Assembly (NCBI GenBank): GCA_051942205.1 | Contig: JAVECO010000060.1 | Location: 1-64,000, forward strand | DNA from: Coniocarpon cinnabarinum | Taxonomy: Eukaryota | Length of the DNA: 64,000 nt | Direction of reading: 5' to 3' | Shown: one piece after another, positions 1 through 13,087 of the stretch | Numbering within the stretch: position 1 is the first letter of the stretch | How the letters are laid out: each line of letters starts with the position of its first letter | Notes under the pieces: generated by a model | Seen by the model: only the letters and a program-made list of their open reading frames with translations | Database searches by the model: none | What the model was told of the DNA's origin: nothing | Made by a program: the position numbers and the translations under genes

Positions 1-1683
1 ACCGCGACCCCCAGACCCCCGGCCGCGCGAATCCCGCCACGATCTCGTATGGTGCGAGATGTGGTCGGGATTTTCGGGGCCGTACGAGCTCCAGTACGAC
101 CCCGCGGGCAACACCTCCTCCCGCTCCCCCCTTCCACTCGCCGCTTGTGCTCGCATGGCCCTTGGGCCGGTCGGCGCGCGTGGAGTGACGCTTCGATTGG
201 CGTCACCTGCGTCTTGGACGCGGGTTGGCTGCGCCGGAGCCGGCGGGGCTCTTGGCTGGCGGGCGGAGGTACTTGCAGGGGGTCCTGCAAGCACCTGATT
301 GATGGAAGGCAGCTGGGCCGGTGCTGGTGGCGGATGCTGCAAAAACGGACCGACGGCAGGCAGGGCGATTCGTTGTTCTGGGCTCATTGCTGAGTACCCA
401 ATTGGCATCCACCGCAGTCTTTGATCGTGATGCCCGAACCTTCGCAGACGCTGCTGCGCCACGTCAGGCAGGGGCAGCCATCCTTCGTTGAAGTCCGCCT
501 GTGGTTCTTGAAATTCCACTCTCTCCTCCCACCCACGTGGCGGGCCCATTCGAATGGTCATGAATCTTCGTCCGATCAGTCGCCCCTGCTCATTAGACCG
601 CTCTTGAATCATTTGGCCCGGAACATCTGGATTACTCTCGACGGGCCCAAAAAACAGTCGTCCTTCTTCAGTGTTGTGGTATCCCTCTGCTCTGAATGTA
701 GTCCAGTCATATTGGTCATCCGGCAGTCTTGGACCTATGCGTCCGTCCCGTCGATGCGTGAGTGTTCCACGTCTTGTTCGTCTAGTTGGCCCTGCCGTTG
801 TGGGGTCCTGAGATGGTTGCTGATGGTGTGGTGGCTGCGGATCAATTTGGTATCTGTAGAAATGGTCGCGTTGCATCGGTTTCAGGTCCCTGCCTTGGAC
901 ATATAATTCTGCATGCCCACGGGGGCGAGTGTTCGGGCTCCATGATTCCTCGTCTGAATCTCCCCATCCTTGATCTGTGGAGAAAACTTTGAGAAAAGCA
1001 CTTCAACTGAACGCACGTAGCAAAGCTTGGCAGGGCGAGGCATGTGGCGAGGCATGGGGCAGGCAAGGGGCAGGCAAGTATTCACGACGATGGGGAAGCA
1101 TGTGGGAGTTGAACTCACTGTCAGTCACCCATCCGATTGGAGGGACAAAACCAGGTCCAGCAGGATCCTGACCAGAATCTCTGGCATAAAGACGGAGGTG
1201 GTAGATCGAGCGGTTTGGTAGAGAATCTGAATCTCCAGTCTGTTGTTCATTAGGTGGAGCTGGGGTTGTCGTGGTTCCATTGCGTTCCTGCGGTTGCTGA
1301 GCCAGGAGGATAATGTTTCTGCTCTGTTGCTGTCGGGGCTGCACCAAGAGCGTCGTGGTGCTGTTCTGCTGCTGATTCAATTGAGCTGAGAAGGCTGTGC
1401 TCCTGCTCTGCGGTGCAATGGACCGGATTGGAAGATTAATGGATGCTACCTGTGGCTGGCTTGTTTGGCGAGAAGCTCGGTTAGACCGGTGAAAAGGAGG
1501 CCTGTCCGTTGTTCTCCCCGCCTGTTCGACGGCTCGAGCTGGAGGGGGTCGAGGCGTGGATTGCTCAGATGCCTCGTTCGCTGACGTGTCTCTGCCACGC
1601 GGCTGTCCAGCTCGGGGCGGAGGCGTCGACTCGTGGGATTGCCGAGGCCGTCGTGACCGTTGAGACTGCTGATCTGAAGACAT
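1..1683 (-). CDS. Hypothetical disordered Pro/Arg/Gln-rich protein, two exons, 3' end beyond the window
   Basis: Exon 1 is 1683-1119 (MSSDQQSQR...GWVTD). Intron 1118-975 (GTGAGT...CCACAG). The spliced frame (NQGWGDSDEESWSPNTRPRGHAELYV...) stays open to base 1, about 320 codons. No recognisable domain. Confidence 0.65.
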
Positions 1684-2398
1684 ATTCTGACAGTCTCAAC
1701 AGCGCAGTGGAACGATAAAAGAGGTTTAAACAAATGCCAGAACACTCAAAGAGGTGTGCGTAGCGAAAATTCTGGTGGGGGAGCAAGAAGACGAGGAAGA
1801 AGAGCGAGGATACTTCCTTTGGGCAAGCAAAAAGAGTGTGGGTCCCCGGGGCTAGCCCAGGAGATTGGCTGCCTTGTAGAGGTGAAGGCATATTGCAGGA
1901 TGGCCAGGTGACAGACAGTTTAATGAGCCAGGCGAAAAGATGAAAGGTGGAATCGCGAAAGCTGCCTTTATACACGGAGATGACGGCATGAATCGCTTAG
2001 AGCGGTATTGCGAGGCACGTCACAGCCAGGAACCTTTCATTTGTGCATGCGTATGGCTCGCAGCATATTCCCCCATTGACGACTTCTGGAGACCGAACCC
2101 CTTGTTTGACGACAGTCTATGACGCAGAAGATCCACTGCAGCATGATGTGTTTCAGCATCGCTATTCACAAAGAGCCACCCGACAATACGGCACCAATTT
2201 CAGCAGCTGAAGACAGAGCCTCAGGTATGGTGCACGTGGCATATCAAATGAAACGAATTCCAGGTGAATAGTTGCAGTGTACCCGATGGCTTGGCTCGGC
2301 TTAACGAGGGTGAACCGGACCCCACTGATTGCTAATTACAGAGTGAACCGGCTTAAGCTCGGCAGAGTGACGAATCTCCGTGACAACAGGGAGATGAT

Positions 2399-3194
2399 AT
2401 GATTGTTGTAAGTCAAAACTCAATACACAACGAGATTCCATCGCGGTAAAGACCCGGAACCATAGAGCGGTCGATACACTTCAATTAGAAGAAGCGTGGC
2501 TGAATCACTCGCAGTGCTGTCGTACGAAGCCTCTCTCAATCTCAAATACGTTCAAGCACTGCCACTCGATCAGCTGCTTCCAGTGTCTTCACGCTTCCAA
2601 AGTTCACTCCCAAGCGTCATACGTGCGGCATTAGACGGCTTTCCTTGCCCGCCCTTGTGGCATCGTCGCTCTTTTCCCACTGCTATTTCGCTCGCCAAAT
2701 CATTCTCGCCTCACCTGCTACGCCTTTCGCAGAAGATCACGATGTTCACAGTATGAGAACACAGCGTCAACGCCTTCTCACTCTCCCCTGAGAACAACGG
2801 GGCCGAAGACGCAAAAACGCTCCAAATTTCGATTTCTCGGCAATCAGACGTCGCTGAAGCTTCGTGCTATAAGATGTCAAAGCCAAATCACTGAATGACG
2901 GCTAATTATATAAAAACTCAGGTTAGATTCCACTGCGCAGCCTCCCTCCAATGGTCATCAGAAGCCATCAATGGCAAAGACCACCTCATTCGCCTCATGA
3001 AAAATGCTCGCAATTTGCGAACAATGGCAACAAACGTACAGACGGTGACCCTAGCCCTCTCCGATGCTTGTTTATCCAATATGCCCACCCCATCAAACCT
3101 GCTTTTCACTTTCAACTTGCAGCCCAGTCTTCAGAGAGGCCGCCTTTTTCACACCCTACACCATTCATACATACGCATCTTCCACGAACTATAG
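2399..3194 (+). CDS. Putative small spliced hypothetical protein (~188 aa)
   Basis: ORFs 2496-2756 and 2895-3194 share a frame. Both intervening stops lie inside a candidate intron 2751-2921 (GTATGA...GCTAAT...CAG, phase 0). A second candidate intron 2408-2465 (GTAAGT...TAG) links to ATG 2399. No known domain. Confidence 0.4.
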
Positions 3195-3756
3195 ATCCCC
3201 TTACTCTCCCGGATTCAAGTTCTCTTTACAATTTACTACGTTTATGCAGAGTACCTGTAACTTTCCCCCATGTTTATACGCGGCTACTCGATGTGTTCCT
3301 GAATGGAAATGCCTACATGTAGAGCAGCGTGTCAACATGAGTAGGAGAAAGGGGAAGTGGTGTATTGGCGACCTTGAGAAGAAGGATATTACTGTCTTTA
3401 GCTGCGTCATGTCGTTCTCCACGACACCTGTTCACGTTCGAGAGGCGCTGTGGCAAGATTCGTGATCTAGAAACAGACATGGTCACCGTGAGGACTACTC
3501 CCCCGCTGTTTTATGACACTGCACATTGCTGCATGGCCTTCCAAGCTATAGCAAATTTTGAGAAAGTAATACATGCAAACCCCTTGAAACGACTATGCAG
3601 CTATGACATTGTACTACAGAACCATGATGCCTTACACAGCAAAGCCATCTTCAGCATTTTGAAGTACCATCACAATATGTACATCACTCCAAAGCATTTT
3701 CTAAAGTCACCAGTGCCTCCGCTTGCTTGACGCCACACAACACACACGGTGTATAC

Positions 3757-5328
3757 CTAAAGCCGGCCCAAGAAGGGAACATGCTTCTTCGGACCCACCC
3801 ACACAAAGCCCTCCCTCGTCACACGCCTCAGCCAAAGACGCTTCCGCACCTCCGCAACATCCAGATCCGTCGTCTTCGTGACGTCTACGATTCGCTCCTT
3901 AAGCTCACCCAGCTCAATGATCGTGGCCTTGTTTTCGAAAACGCGCGGTTGAGACGCGTCTGCGCTGCGCTTCGCCATGTTCCTGCAGGCTTCGGCCCAT
4001 CGGCGCATGCAATCTTGCGTTTGCGGCATCTCTCGCATGATCCTATTCGAAACGTCAGCTCTATACCATGATCGCTGCAGTCTGTTTCTGGTTCGTGGTT
4101 CTGTCACTCACAGTGGGAAGATATGCGGCATCCCTTCGTACAACACCAGCTCCACCTCACCACCGGCAAGCGCCACATCCTTGGCCACCACCATCGTCCC
4201 ATCGACGAGCGTTTCCGCCTTCCCCGCCGCGATCCACACAGGCGGAAAGCCCTTCAAATCCTCCAACGCCACCGCCGTCGTGTTCAGCATTGGATGCGCC
4301 AGCGCCGAATCGTGACAGTACGGCATCACGCGCGGCGGATCCGAAGGCCAAACGTCGTCGGCTGGGAAGTTCGACCGGATTCTTGGATCAGCACCCCAGA
4401 TCCAATCTCGATCGTTATTTCGCTCAAAGGAAGGGAGACTAAGGCCGATGTCGAAGGCGGGCGAGAGGACTGCCAAACCCGCGGGAAGAGCGACAGGGAC
4501 TTGACGGCCGTTGAACGTCACGGTGGGGTTTTGCGGGTTCTGGCGACGGATGTGGAGGAGGCATTGGATGAGGGCTGCGCCGAGGATGGCGCCGGCGGAC
4601 TCGCCGGCGAGGACGATGTGGGAGGGGTCGACGGGGGAGTGAGTTGCGCCGGGGGGTGGATGGAGGAGGGTGAAATAGGCGATGAGGAGGTCGAGGACGG
4701 GTGCGGGGAAGGGATGTTGCGGGGAGAGGCGGTAGTTGAGGGCGAAGACGCGGCCGCCGGAGAGGGAGGCGAGGGTGCTGGTGACGGGGCGACTGAGGGC
4801 AGCAGAGCCCCGGCTGAGGAGGACATGTAAGAGTGCTTGGTCAGAGCGGAGAGGATGATGCTTACACGAAGGCTCCTCCGAATAGGAAGAGGATGGTGGT
4901 GGGATTCTGGGCCTCTTTGCTGATGTTCTGATACGCTTCCGCTGGCGATACAGCGGGAGGCTTGTCTTTCCTAGAGAAGCCCGGGCGGGGACCGACCCCT
5001 GAATGAGAGCTCAGTTTACGTGGCGATACCTCTAGGAAGATGTATGAGCAATCTTACATTCGCCGTGTATAGCAGGAGGATTGTCAAAGTCATAATACGT
5101 CGCTGCATCAAACTTCATGTGTTCCCACGTGTCATGCACGACACGCTTCAACTCTGGCCCCGTCTCGACCGGCCAATCCACCTTTGACGCCCACATATTG
5201 CCAGGAATGCCCGAGTCGATATTGCTATCTTCCTGAGACTGCCGTAAAGGAGTCGTGAACATGGGCAAGTTCATTGTGCGGGCCAGCAGCGTGGCTAGAG
5301 CCTTCTTCTGCCGCTCGCGTTCATCCAT
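3757..5328 (-). CDS. Alpha/beta hydrolase, hormone-sensitive-lipase (abhydrolase_3) family esterase/lipase, multi-exon
   Basis: The spliced translation gives ILFLFGGAF (oxyanion loop), RVFALNYRLSPQHPFPA, IVLAGESAG (nucleophile), GFPPVWIAAGKAETLVD and YEGMPHIF (catalytic His). Introns lie near 5055, 4865-4812 (GTAAGC...CAG) and 4110-4045 (GTGAGT...GCTGAC...TAG). Confidence 0.9.
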
Positions 5329-6456
5329 GGCTGGGGGGAAAGTTCAACGGGTAGGAGCTACATCACGAAGCGAAGTGCAGATTCTTATACATTACCTCAT
5401 TGAGAAGCGAGCTGTGATATGGGGCTGCGCTTTCGTCATGTTGCCGTGGCCCCCATCCAGGAAGGATACGGATCAGGCTAGAACGTGATCAGGCCATGGA
5501 GTTAATCCACCGATGCGTCCATTGATTTGATGGACTATGTGTATTGTCTATGCGACGGTAGTCACGTCGCGAAACGGGGGGAGATGAATAGAGCTGGAAT
5601 TTACTGGATCCGTATAGGTGTTGAAGTCAAATCGTCCTAAAGCAATCGACGGGAGCTTCTGCGCATCTCGGGGATCGGTGAAGAACATTTCCAGATCTCG
5701 GCCCGCACTCATTCGGGCCGTCAGCGGAGAAGATCACCGACCTCACCGGCGTGAAGAACTCCATCGGAAATCCACACGCTAGCGGCGATGTTTACCACAA
5801 CAACGACGATAGCAAAATAAGGGACGCAGGAACAGACGCCGCACGCGACCAGTCGCGTTGAAGCGCGTTGGCGTAGACTCGACACGAGTAAGCGACCTGC
5901 ATGCAAGCACGCCGCCATCGTTTCGACCACTGCGTGAGCTCGAGGCCCCGCCACGCACAAGACGCAGTCCCATTGGCGCACTCGCGACCCCGCCAGCAGC
6001 TGGTCGCAGCTCACGCCCCCGAAGATGCAGCTGCTCGCCGCCGACGCCCGCACTCAGGGTCTGGGGAAGCTTCCTCCGACTCCCTCTCTAACACGATCTG
6101 CCGCAGCGCCTCTTCTAGCCTCTCTCACCCTCCAGCCATTCACTGCCGGCAACACGTCTCTAGAACAGAGTGTGCATCGCGTCATGGTCGTGTTTACTGT
6201 GCAGATGCCTCCGCTTTCGACCTAGCACTCGCATCATACCCTCTACTGCCGCTTTCCGAGCTCTCTGCCCCTTGCTGTAGGGACCCACCGCTTGCTGTGC
6301 TCTTTGAGCCTCGCCTTTTTTCCGTCGTAAATATTCAAGGTGGGCGCCCGGATATCGTGATCTTGCTGTTTGTTCTGCTCGTTCTTCAATGATCATGAGA
6401 TTGTCGACAGTAAAATATACAGAAGATATATATGCTCTTGTCAATGCAAAAACAAA

Positions 6457-8012
6457 ATGTCTGACTCGGGCTATTCATCTGCTTCGCGATCAACTCTAAG
6501 TAGCGCAAGATCACGAGACCTGTTGTTTGGTGAAATTGACACCTCCATCTGTGGCTCGGCGCAGTGTGAGTCTGCAGACTGATGTGCGCAGCTGTGCGCG
6601 CCTCGCTGACGAGTTCATCAGCTTTGCGCACCAACCACTCCATCAGCAATTTGATCCTTTCGTCGAGCTCCACTTTTCTGAGGTTCTGGCTCGTGGACAA
6701 CTTGCGCGAGAAGGTCCTGCAGTCGCTGGACTCCGAGGATCTGCCCAATCTTCGACTCGTCTGCCACGAGTTCTCGGAGAAGATCGCGCCTCGACTGTTC
6801 CGGACTGTGCGCGTCCAGCTCAAGGCCAGCAGCTTCACCAAACCCAGCCGAGTCGAGGCGCTGAGGCGCGTTGGCTACTATACAAGGAAATTCGAGGTCG
6901 TACTCCCGCGAACGCAGGAAGCAGTACTGCCTCCCCTTGTGAATGAAGTCGGCGAAGAAGTCGACTTCAACTACCACCCTAACCCGTCGCCGAAAGCGAC
7001 TGCTTTCGAAAGATATGGCTCGGTTGAGACGGCGGAGCTTCTCGTGAAGCAGTACCCTCCAACCTTTCACTCAGCGACGAACATACCTTCGTTCATTGAT
7101 GCGCTGAACGCCATGCCCTTTGTCTCTCATATCAGTCTCAGCTGTCCGAGTCATGAATTTCCTTACGGTGCGCGGAACACGGTCGACTATGCACTGATCT
7201 CCTTGCGAATCGCGATGGAGCGCGCAAGCTTACCTTGTCTGGATACGCTCTCTTTCACTCCTATACATCCTGAGGGCTTGCTTCACTTACAGCCTCTGCT
7301 CGGCGCTTGCAGTCATCCAGGCTCTGTGAGACGATGGGCACAGATCCGTACCATGGAGATCGACATGGAGTCGCCAGGAGACATGGCGGGTGTACCTGGC
7401 CGCAAAGACCAGCTCAAGACCTTGCACAATTATCTCAGAAATTTCGCGACAACTCTAACAAGATTTCGCTTTCGATGGCAAGGACCAAAGGGTCCTGTGC
7501 CTCTCTCGATCGACTCAGAACCAGGTGTGTTTGCGCAGTCGGCGAAGACGCATGACGCGAAGTCCAAGTCGAGGAAGACGGCTCTGAAGTTCACCGCTCT
7601 GAGCCATGTCAATGTGGAGAATGCAGAGGTCGACGCAGCGCAGATCTCAGCTTTCATTGACCAACATCGTCGCACACTAGAAGAGTTCAAGTTCGAAAGC
7701 ATACGCCTTCGGACCGGCGACTGGGACGAGGCGTTGTTGCCTTTCGCCAAGTTGCAACGCAAAGCTAAAGCCAAGCTGAGGCATGAAGATGTGATGGAGT
7801 GTCCCATCATACTCAGCCCCGACAGCAAGCCATCTGATACTTCACCTAAAGACACAAGCCCACCGCCTCCAGAAGTGAAAGGAGAGCGTTCCACTGGTCT
7901 GCAGAAGTTCTTTGCAAAAGCAAGAGCGAGTCGAGCCCGAGAACAGCTCAAAGGTGGATCAGGACATTTCAGACAGTTCTTACGGCAGTCGTTGGCCGTA
8001 CCGCGCAGGTGA
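6457..8012 (+). CDS. Fungal hypothetical protein with F-box-like N-terminal motif followed by an LRR/RNI-like region
   Basis: ATG 6457 (MSDSGYSS). Intron 6530-6591 joins in frame to the 476-aa ORF. REKVLQSLDSEDLPNLRLVCHEFSEKIAPRLFRTV resembles an F-box; leucine-repeat-like segments follow. Confidence 0.7.
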
Positions 8013-8039
8013 CAAAGCTGGTGTGCTTGCTTAGCACAC

Positions 8040-8450
8040 CCTCGGCGTTGTTCAATGAAAGTCAAAGAGGAAACGAAGTGATGATACCCATTTAGGAGAA
8101 AAAGAGCACTGAATTCAATTCTTGTTGGCGACCAGCGTGCCTTTGAATAATCCTGTCTATACCATATTTCACGATTTACAAACATACCAATGTATTCGAG
8201 CTTTCGCCTGTGTGTAAGATCCGACGGTCTTGTACGTCAGATCATGCCTACAACACGTTTCACTAAAGGCTATAGGTAAGTCACGAAACGCCCACGACTC
8301 ATCGGAGATAAACGGCGGCGAATGGTTTCTCCGACAATATCAGCTGGCCGGTGAGATGCCGAGGTGCTTCCATTCTCGCAGCGATGATGGTTGCGGCGTG
8401 CGCCGATTTCACAAGCTGCTTGTCCATGAGCTAAGCAACAAGAGCCTCGG
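8040..8450. promoter_or_regulatory. Three CCTCGG/CCGAGG elements (FarA/FarB/CTF1-type fatty-acid response sites) upstream of SCP2
   Basis: CCTCGG at 8040-8045, CCGAGG at 8359-8364 and CCTCGG at 8445-8450, all within 560 bp of the SCP2 ATG. Confidence 0.55.
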
Positions 8451-8598
8451 ACTGTTGGAGACGGTCATGAGGCTTACATTGTCTTCCCTTCAGCTCAATG
8501 CTGCTTCTCCCTTCCCTCTACACTTCTCAACTGAATAGTCTTGGTCTTGCAATCCAGTAGCATTTCATAATTGTCGCAGGCACCAGTACGAACAAGCC

Positions 8599-9356
8599 AT
8601 GTCTCTCAAGAACGGTATGAGTTCCAATAGCAAATTTCTCAGCCTTTCTCAATAGAAATCACGCACATCTACTTCACCAATGACAATTGCCTTGGCTGAC
8701 ACCCGAATGTTCCAGATGCAATTCCCTCCTCTGAGGCTTTCGACGTTATCCACCAGTCCCTCACGTCCGATCCCAAAGAACAAGAGCAGGCCATCAAGCA
8801 AGGAGGTGCTGTCTTCGCATTTACGTTGAAAAATGGCAACACAACAGACAGCTGGCACATCGATTTGAAAAAGAGTGGCACAGTCGGCAAAGGTCTCGTG
8901 ACAGCGGATGGCACAAAGGCACAAGGTCAGTCCTTCGCAGCGTGCCTCTAGGTGTTCAAGATTGTAGTCATGAAGAGGAGAATACGTTGCACAGCGTGTT
9001 GCGATCTTTGCTCGTGTCTGAGCTACAGCGACCTTCAGCTGACACTATTATGACAGTCACCCTACAGCTCAGCGATGCAGACTTCAAAAAATTGATCGAG
9101 GGCAAAGGCAACGCCCAGCAAATGTTCATGAGCGGGAAACTTAAGGTCAAGGGTGACGTGATGAAGGCGACCAAATTGGTTCGTACAAACCCCCATGCTG
9201 GACGCCGTTGGCCGTGACAGCCCGAACGCGGACTTGTCATTTTGTAAACCTCTGGCCACTGAGCACATCCCATGAAGACTTGTGTGCTGACTTGAACTAC
9301 AGGACCCTATCCTCAAGCGCGCGCAAAGCAGCCCTCAAGCGAAGGCAAAGCTATAG
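8599..9356 (+). CDS. Peroxisomal sterol carrier protein 2 (SCP2/POX18-like lipid transfer protein), 4 exons
   Basis: Introns 8615-8715, 8926-9056 and 9179-9302. The product is [21 protein letters not shown]...AVFAFTLKN...[15 protein letters not shown]...[45 protein letters not shown]...AKAKL*, with the SCP2 signature and a C-terminal PTS1 (AKL). Confidence 0.92.
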
Positions 9357-10114
9357 CGGACGTCAATGAGGGTATGGCTTGGAGTGGATACCCTTTGGAT
9401 TGTGAGACCAACATTGGAAGGTCGCACAATGTATAGACACACATGCCGGACTTAGATGTGCCAGTCAGGTCACACACACTCTTGAGACACGTCAACAACA
9501 TACAGCGACTTCAATATTCTGCTAGACAAGTCTGTTCATATATAGAGAATCTTGTCGTATTTGCCAGCCCATGAGCAAAGGTACTGTGCCAGCGCATCAT
9601 CATGTCAGGTGCAAACACGTGATGTTATGCACAATATTCTCAGTATTTGCCTCGACACGATAAGTGCGTTAGCTTCACGCCATGTCAAGGCGCAGGTGAG
9701 ACTTTCATCTGGGCAATCTCAACAGGGAGATCGAGGTAGCGCGTGTCGCTGAGGTGCGGTCTCAGGAGAATATTATGCAAATCACGTGACATTGCTGCTC
9801 GAACAAACAAACTAACGCCAAGCCTTGTTCATGGCCCTTGGCGGTTGTCCACGCAGATGACCTTGCGACGAAGTCATTTCATCTCACCTGTGTCTTTGCG
9901 TCGCACTCTACCCGGCCACCGGGCAACCACCCTGCCTTTGATGAACAAATCGAGACTTCACCTCCTCGACATGTTCTTCCACTCTTCAGCAAACGCGCAA
10001 CACACCCATTCATCTCACACTCCGCTTTCAGCGCACCGTTCTTAGATCGCTTGCGACCAATTGCGTCCGCTACATCTTGTCACCAACGCTCATCGTCCTG
10101 CACAATCAACACCG

Positions 10115-13087
10115 ATGTCGAAGCGAGGCGCAGAATTCCAAGCAACGAAGGACAATCCTGATCCTGATTCTCAAATCACTCGCATTGACGCTCCAGTTGC
10201 CGAACCCCGTACCAACGCGGACGCGAAGACCATGGCGAGTCGCAGGTATGTTCGCGTACCTGTTTCCTCCATCATCAAGCCTTACTGGCCAATGCCTCGT
10301 CTGTTTAGGATAGTGTATAGAAGCTGATGAATCTGCAGAGTCCTCAATCCTAAATCGCGGAAGCGCCCTGGTGGTGGCGCACCTGACCTGAGTTCACTCG
10401 GCAATCCATTCGCGCAAGTTGGTGCATCTTCACCTGCACCTGCAAATCCTTTTGCCAATGTCACTTTTGGGGGAAATACTCAGTCGCAAAGCTTTCCTGC
10501 CCCTAACGGTGGAAACAGTAACTCACTTTCGGCACCTCAAAATTCGTCATTTCCACCATCACAGAACGGGCCTGGAAACATCTTCAACAGCATGAACGGG
10601 TCATCATCATTCACATTTGGCGGTAACAACCCCCCGAGCAATCCGTTCGCACAAGCGTCACAGCAGGCGCAATCTTCACCAGACCCCGCTACGACGCCCA
10701 AGTTTAATCTCTTCCAATCACCGCAATCGAACGCGCCAACTCAGCAGACGAATTTGTTTGGTTCGTCTCAAAGTCAAAGCCAGCCAAACACATCTGTCCT
10801 CTTCGGACAACAACCAAGTACACCGTCCGGAGTGAAAAACCAGAATTCGGTCAACGGTCCATCCGGTGACGCAACGATGGCGTCGCCTCCTTCTAACAAA
10901 CAATCAGATCCATTGGGCATCGCGGCTCAGCCAACATCAGCTTCACAGAGCTCAACAGCGAGTAACACGTTCAATCCGTTTGGGAATGTCAATGGTGTCG
11001 GCTCGGCAGCATCGTCGGCAGCAGCAACAAGCAACACATCTGGAGCGCCAACGCTGTTTGGCGACAGTGCCGCAAAGTATGCTCAAAATCCATTTGCTTC
11101 TAAGACCAACAATCTCTTCGGCGGCGCAAACCAGGCAGGCTCGGGCGCAGCTGGTAATACATCGAGTCCGTCAAACCTCTTCGGTAACTTGAAGCCAGCA
11201 TCGAATGAGAAGACTGCTAGCGCGCCAAGTTCCAACTTATTCGGCGGTTTCCCGCAGCAATCGCAAGGTCAGACTGGCGTCTCAGCTTCGTCAAATTCGT
11301 CTACTCCTAGTTTGTTTCCACCCACACCCAACACCACCTCATCCACATCAAACACGTCTGGTTCTACTCTGTTTCCACCTTCGGTTTCCGCATCAGCATC
11401 TTCGCCCTTGTTCTACCCGGCACTTCAAAACAACGCATCGAACAACAAGAGCCAGTTTGGAGAAGCATCAGGCAAAAGTGGTCAAGAAAACAGAAAGCTT
11501 GGGACCGCCCCCTTGTTTGGCTCCCAAGGAATGCAAGCAGGAACGGATCAGCCAGGCGGCTCTTCAGCCCCAACTGTTCCTGGCTCGTCGAGTGCAGCAC
11601 CTTTGCAGCAGTCAAATTCATCAAGCACTCACAATTTTTCCATCACTGCAGCCGAGGGCGACATGAAGAAGCATTACCAGCGTCTCAACAGCAACATTCG
11701 GTCAATGCTCCTCAGAATGGACACTACCGTGGATTGGGCAAGCGCGCTCTCCGACATGCTTACAGCGTACCGTTCTGCAACAGCACGACTCACTGCACAG
11801 AAGGGTCAGGCACCAGCCAGCGCCGGGACTTGGGCTTTTGGAAATAAGCGCAAGGAACCTGCTGATCCTCCTGCTGAGGCTACACGCCCTTCCAAGGCTC
11901 CACATAATACATCGACGCCCTCCCAATCGATGCCTGGTGGAGACATGCCGAGCTCACAAACGTCGAGAATGTTCTCAAGTATTGTTGGTGATGCGAGCAA
12001 AGCTGCGCAAAAGAGCCAAGACCCCATCACTCAGTCCAGCAGTCTCTTCAGCAAGCCATCGAACAGCAACAACCTATTTGGCAGCTCTGCGGCTACGGGA
12101 TCAAATCTCTTTGGAGCTGGTAGCCCCTCGACCCGGTTCGGCTCTCCCAAGACATCGTCAACAAATATTTTTGGGCACCTCAGCAACTCTAATGAGACTC
12201 AAGAAGAGGATGAGGGATCTGACGAAGGTGAGGCCGTGGACGACGTATCGCGCCAGGAGTCACCAGCACCTGGGACGGGAGGCTCTCTGTTCGATCGTAT
12301 TTCAGGAGGTCCCCCGCCGAAAGAGAACGCAACATCAGATGGGTCATCATGGACTGTTGGCAACGTTGAGCCCAGCGAAAACGAGGGGGACCACACATGG
12401 ACACCTGAAAAGCCAATCAATTTTGGCGATTCTGTCAACGGCACGCCGTCGACGAAGAACAACATCTTTGGTGCCTCAAAGCCGTCGCCAAGTCTGTTCA
12501 ACTTTTCGTCTACTCCGAAACCATCGGAGAACAGCCTCTTTGTTCCGAAGCCAAATGCCACCAACCAGTCTTCTCGGGCTAGCACGCCGGGTACAGACGT
12601 CAATGGTGTGTCTGCATCCGAAGCAGAAGGCGAAGCAAGTGGGCAAGACAACGAGGTCACTAATGGTGAAGTCACTGAAGATCGGACGGCCATGACAGCA
12701 GAGGAGCTTAACAACGAAGACGTGCTTTATGAAGTCCCGAAAGTGAAGATGATACAATTTGGTCCGAAGCCAGGCAACGAGGAGGAGAAGGAGTGGAAGG
12801 CTCGGGGCACCGGTCCCTTGCGCGTCTTGAGGAACAAGAAGACGGGCAGTGTACGCATGTTGCACCGCATATCGCCCCGTGGGGTGGTCTTGATCAACTC
12901 GTCACTGCCCAAGAATGCAATGTACAAGAAGCTGCCCAACAAGGGCGCGCTCTCGATCGGGGCGACAGGGTCAGTGGACGGCAGAGAGAAGACGATGTCG
13001 TTCCAGCAGTGGACGGCACGCATGGCGAGTGATGATGTAGCGAAGGAGCTGTTGGAGACGCTGGAGGCGAACAAGGAGAATGCGTGA
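10115..13087 (+). CDS. NUP2: Nup2/Nup50(Nup61)-type FG nucleoporin with C-terminal RanBP1 domain
   Basis: The N-terminus MSKRGAEFQATKDN...MASRRVLNPKSRKR (intron 10246-10338) is Nup50-like. There are many NLFG/LFG/NPF repeats. The C-terminal WKARGTGPLRVLRNKKTGSVRMLHR...VLIN is a Ran-binding domain. Confidence 0.85.

Noticed and set aside
3757..3770. Esterase C-terminal GRL as a PTS1
   Set aside because: Non-canonical tripeptide; insufficient support.
4108..4830. Apparent frameshifted or overlapping ORFs (4123-4830 +, 4518-4826 -)
   Set aside because: Shadow frames of the GC-rich spliced esterase exon.
3757..9356. Lipid-metabolism or secondary-metabolite gene cluster (esterase + SCP2)
   Set aside because: No backbone enzyme, transporter or cluster regulator is present, and the two genes are separated by an unrelated F-box-like gene.
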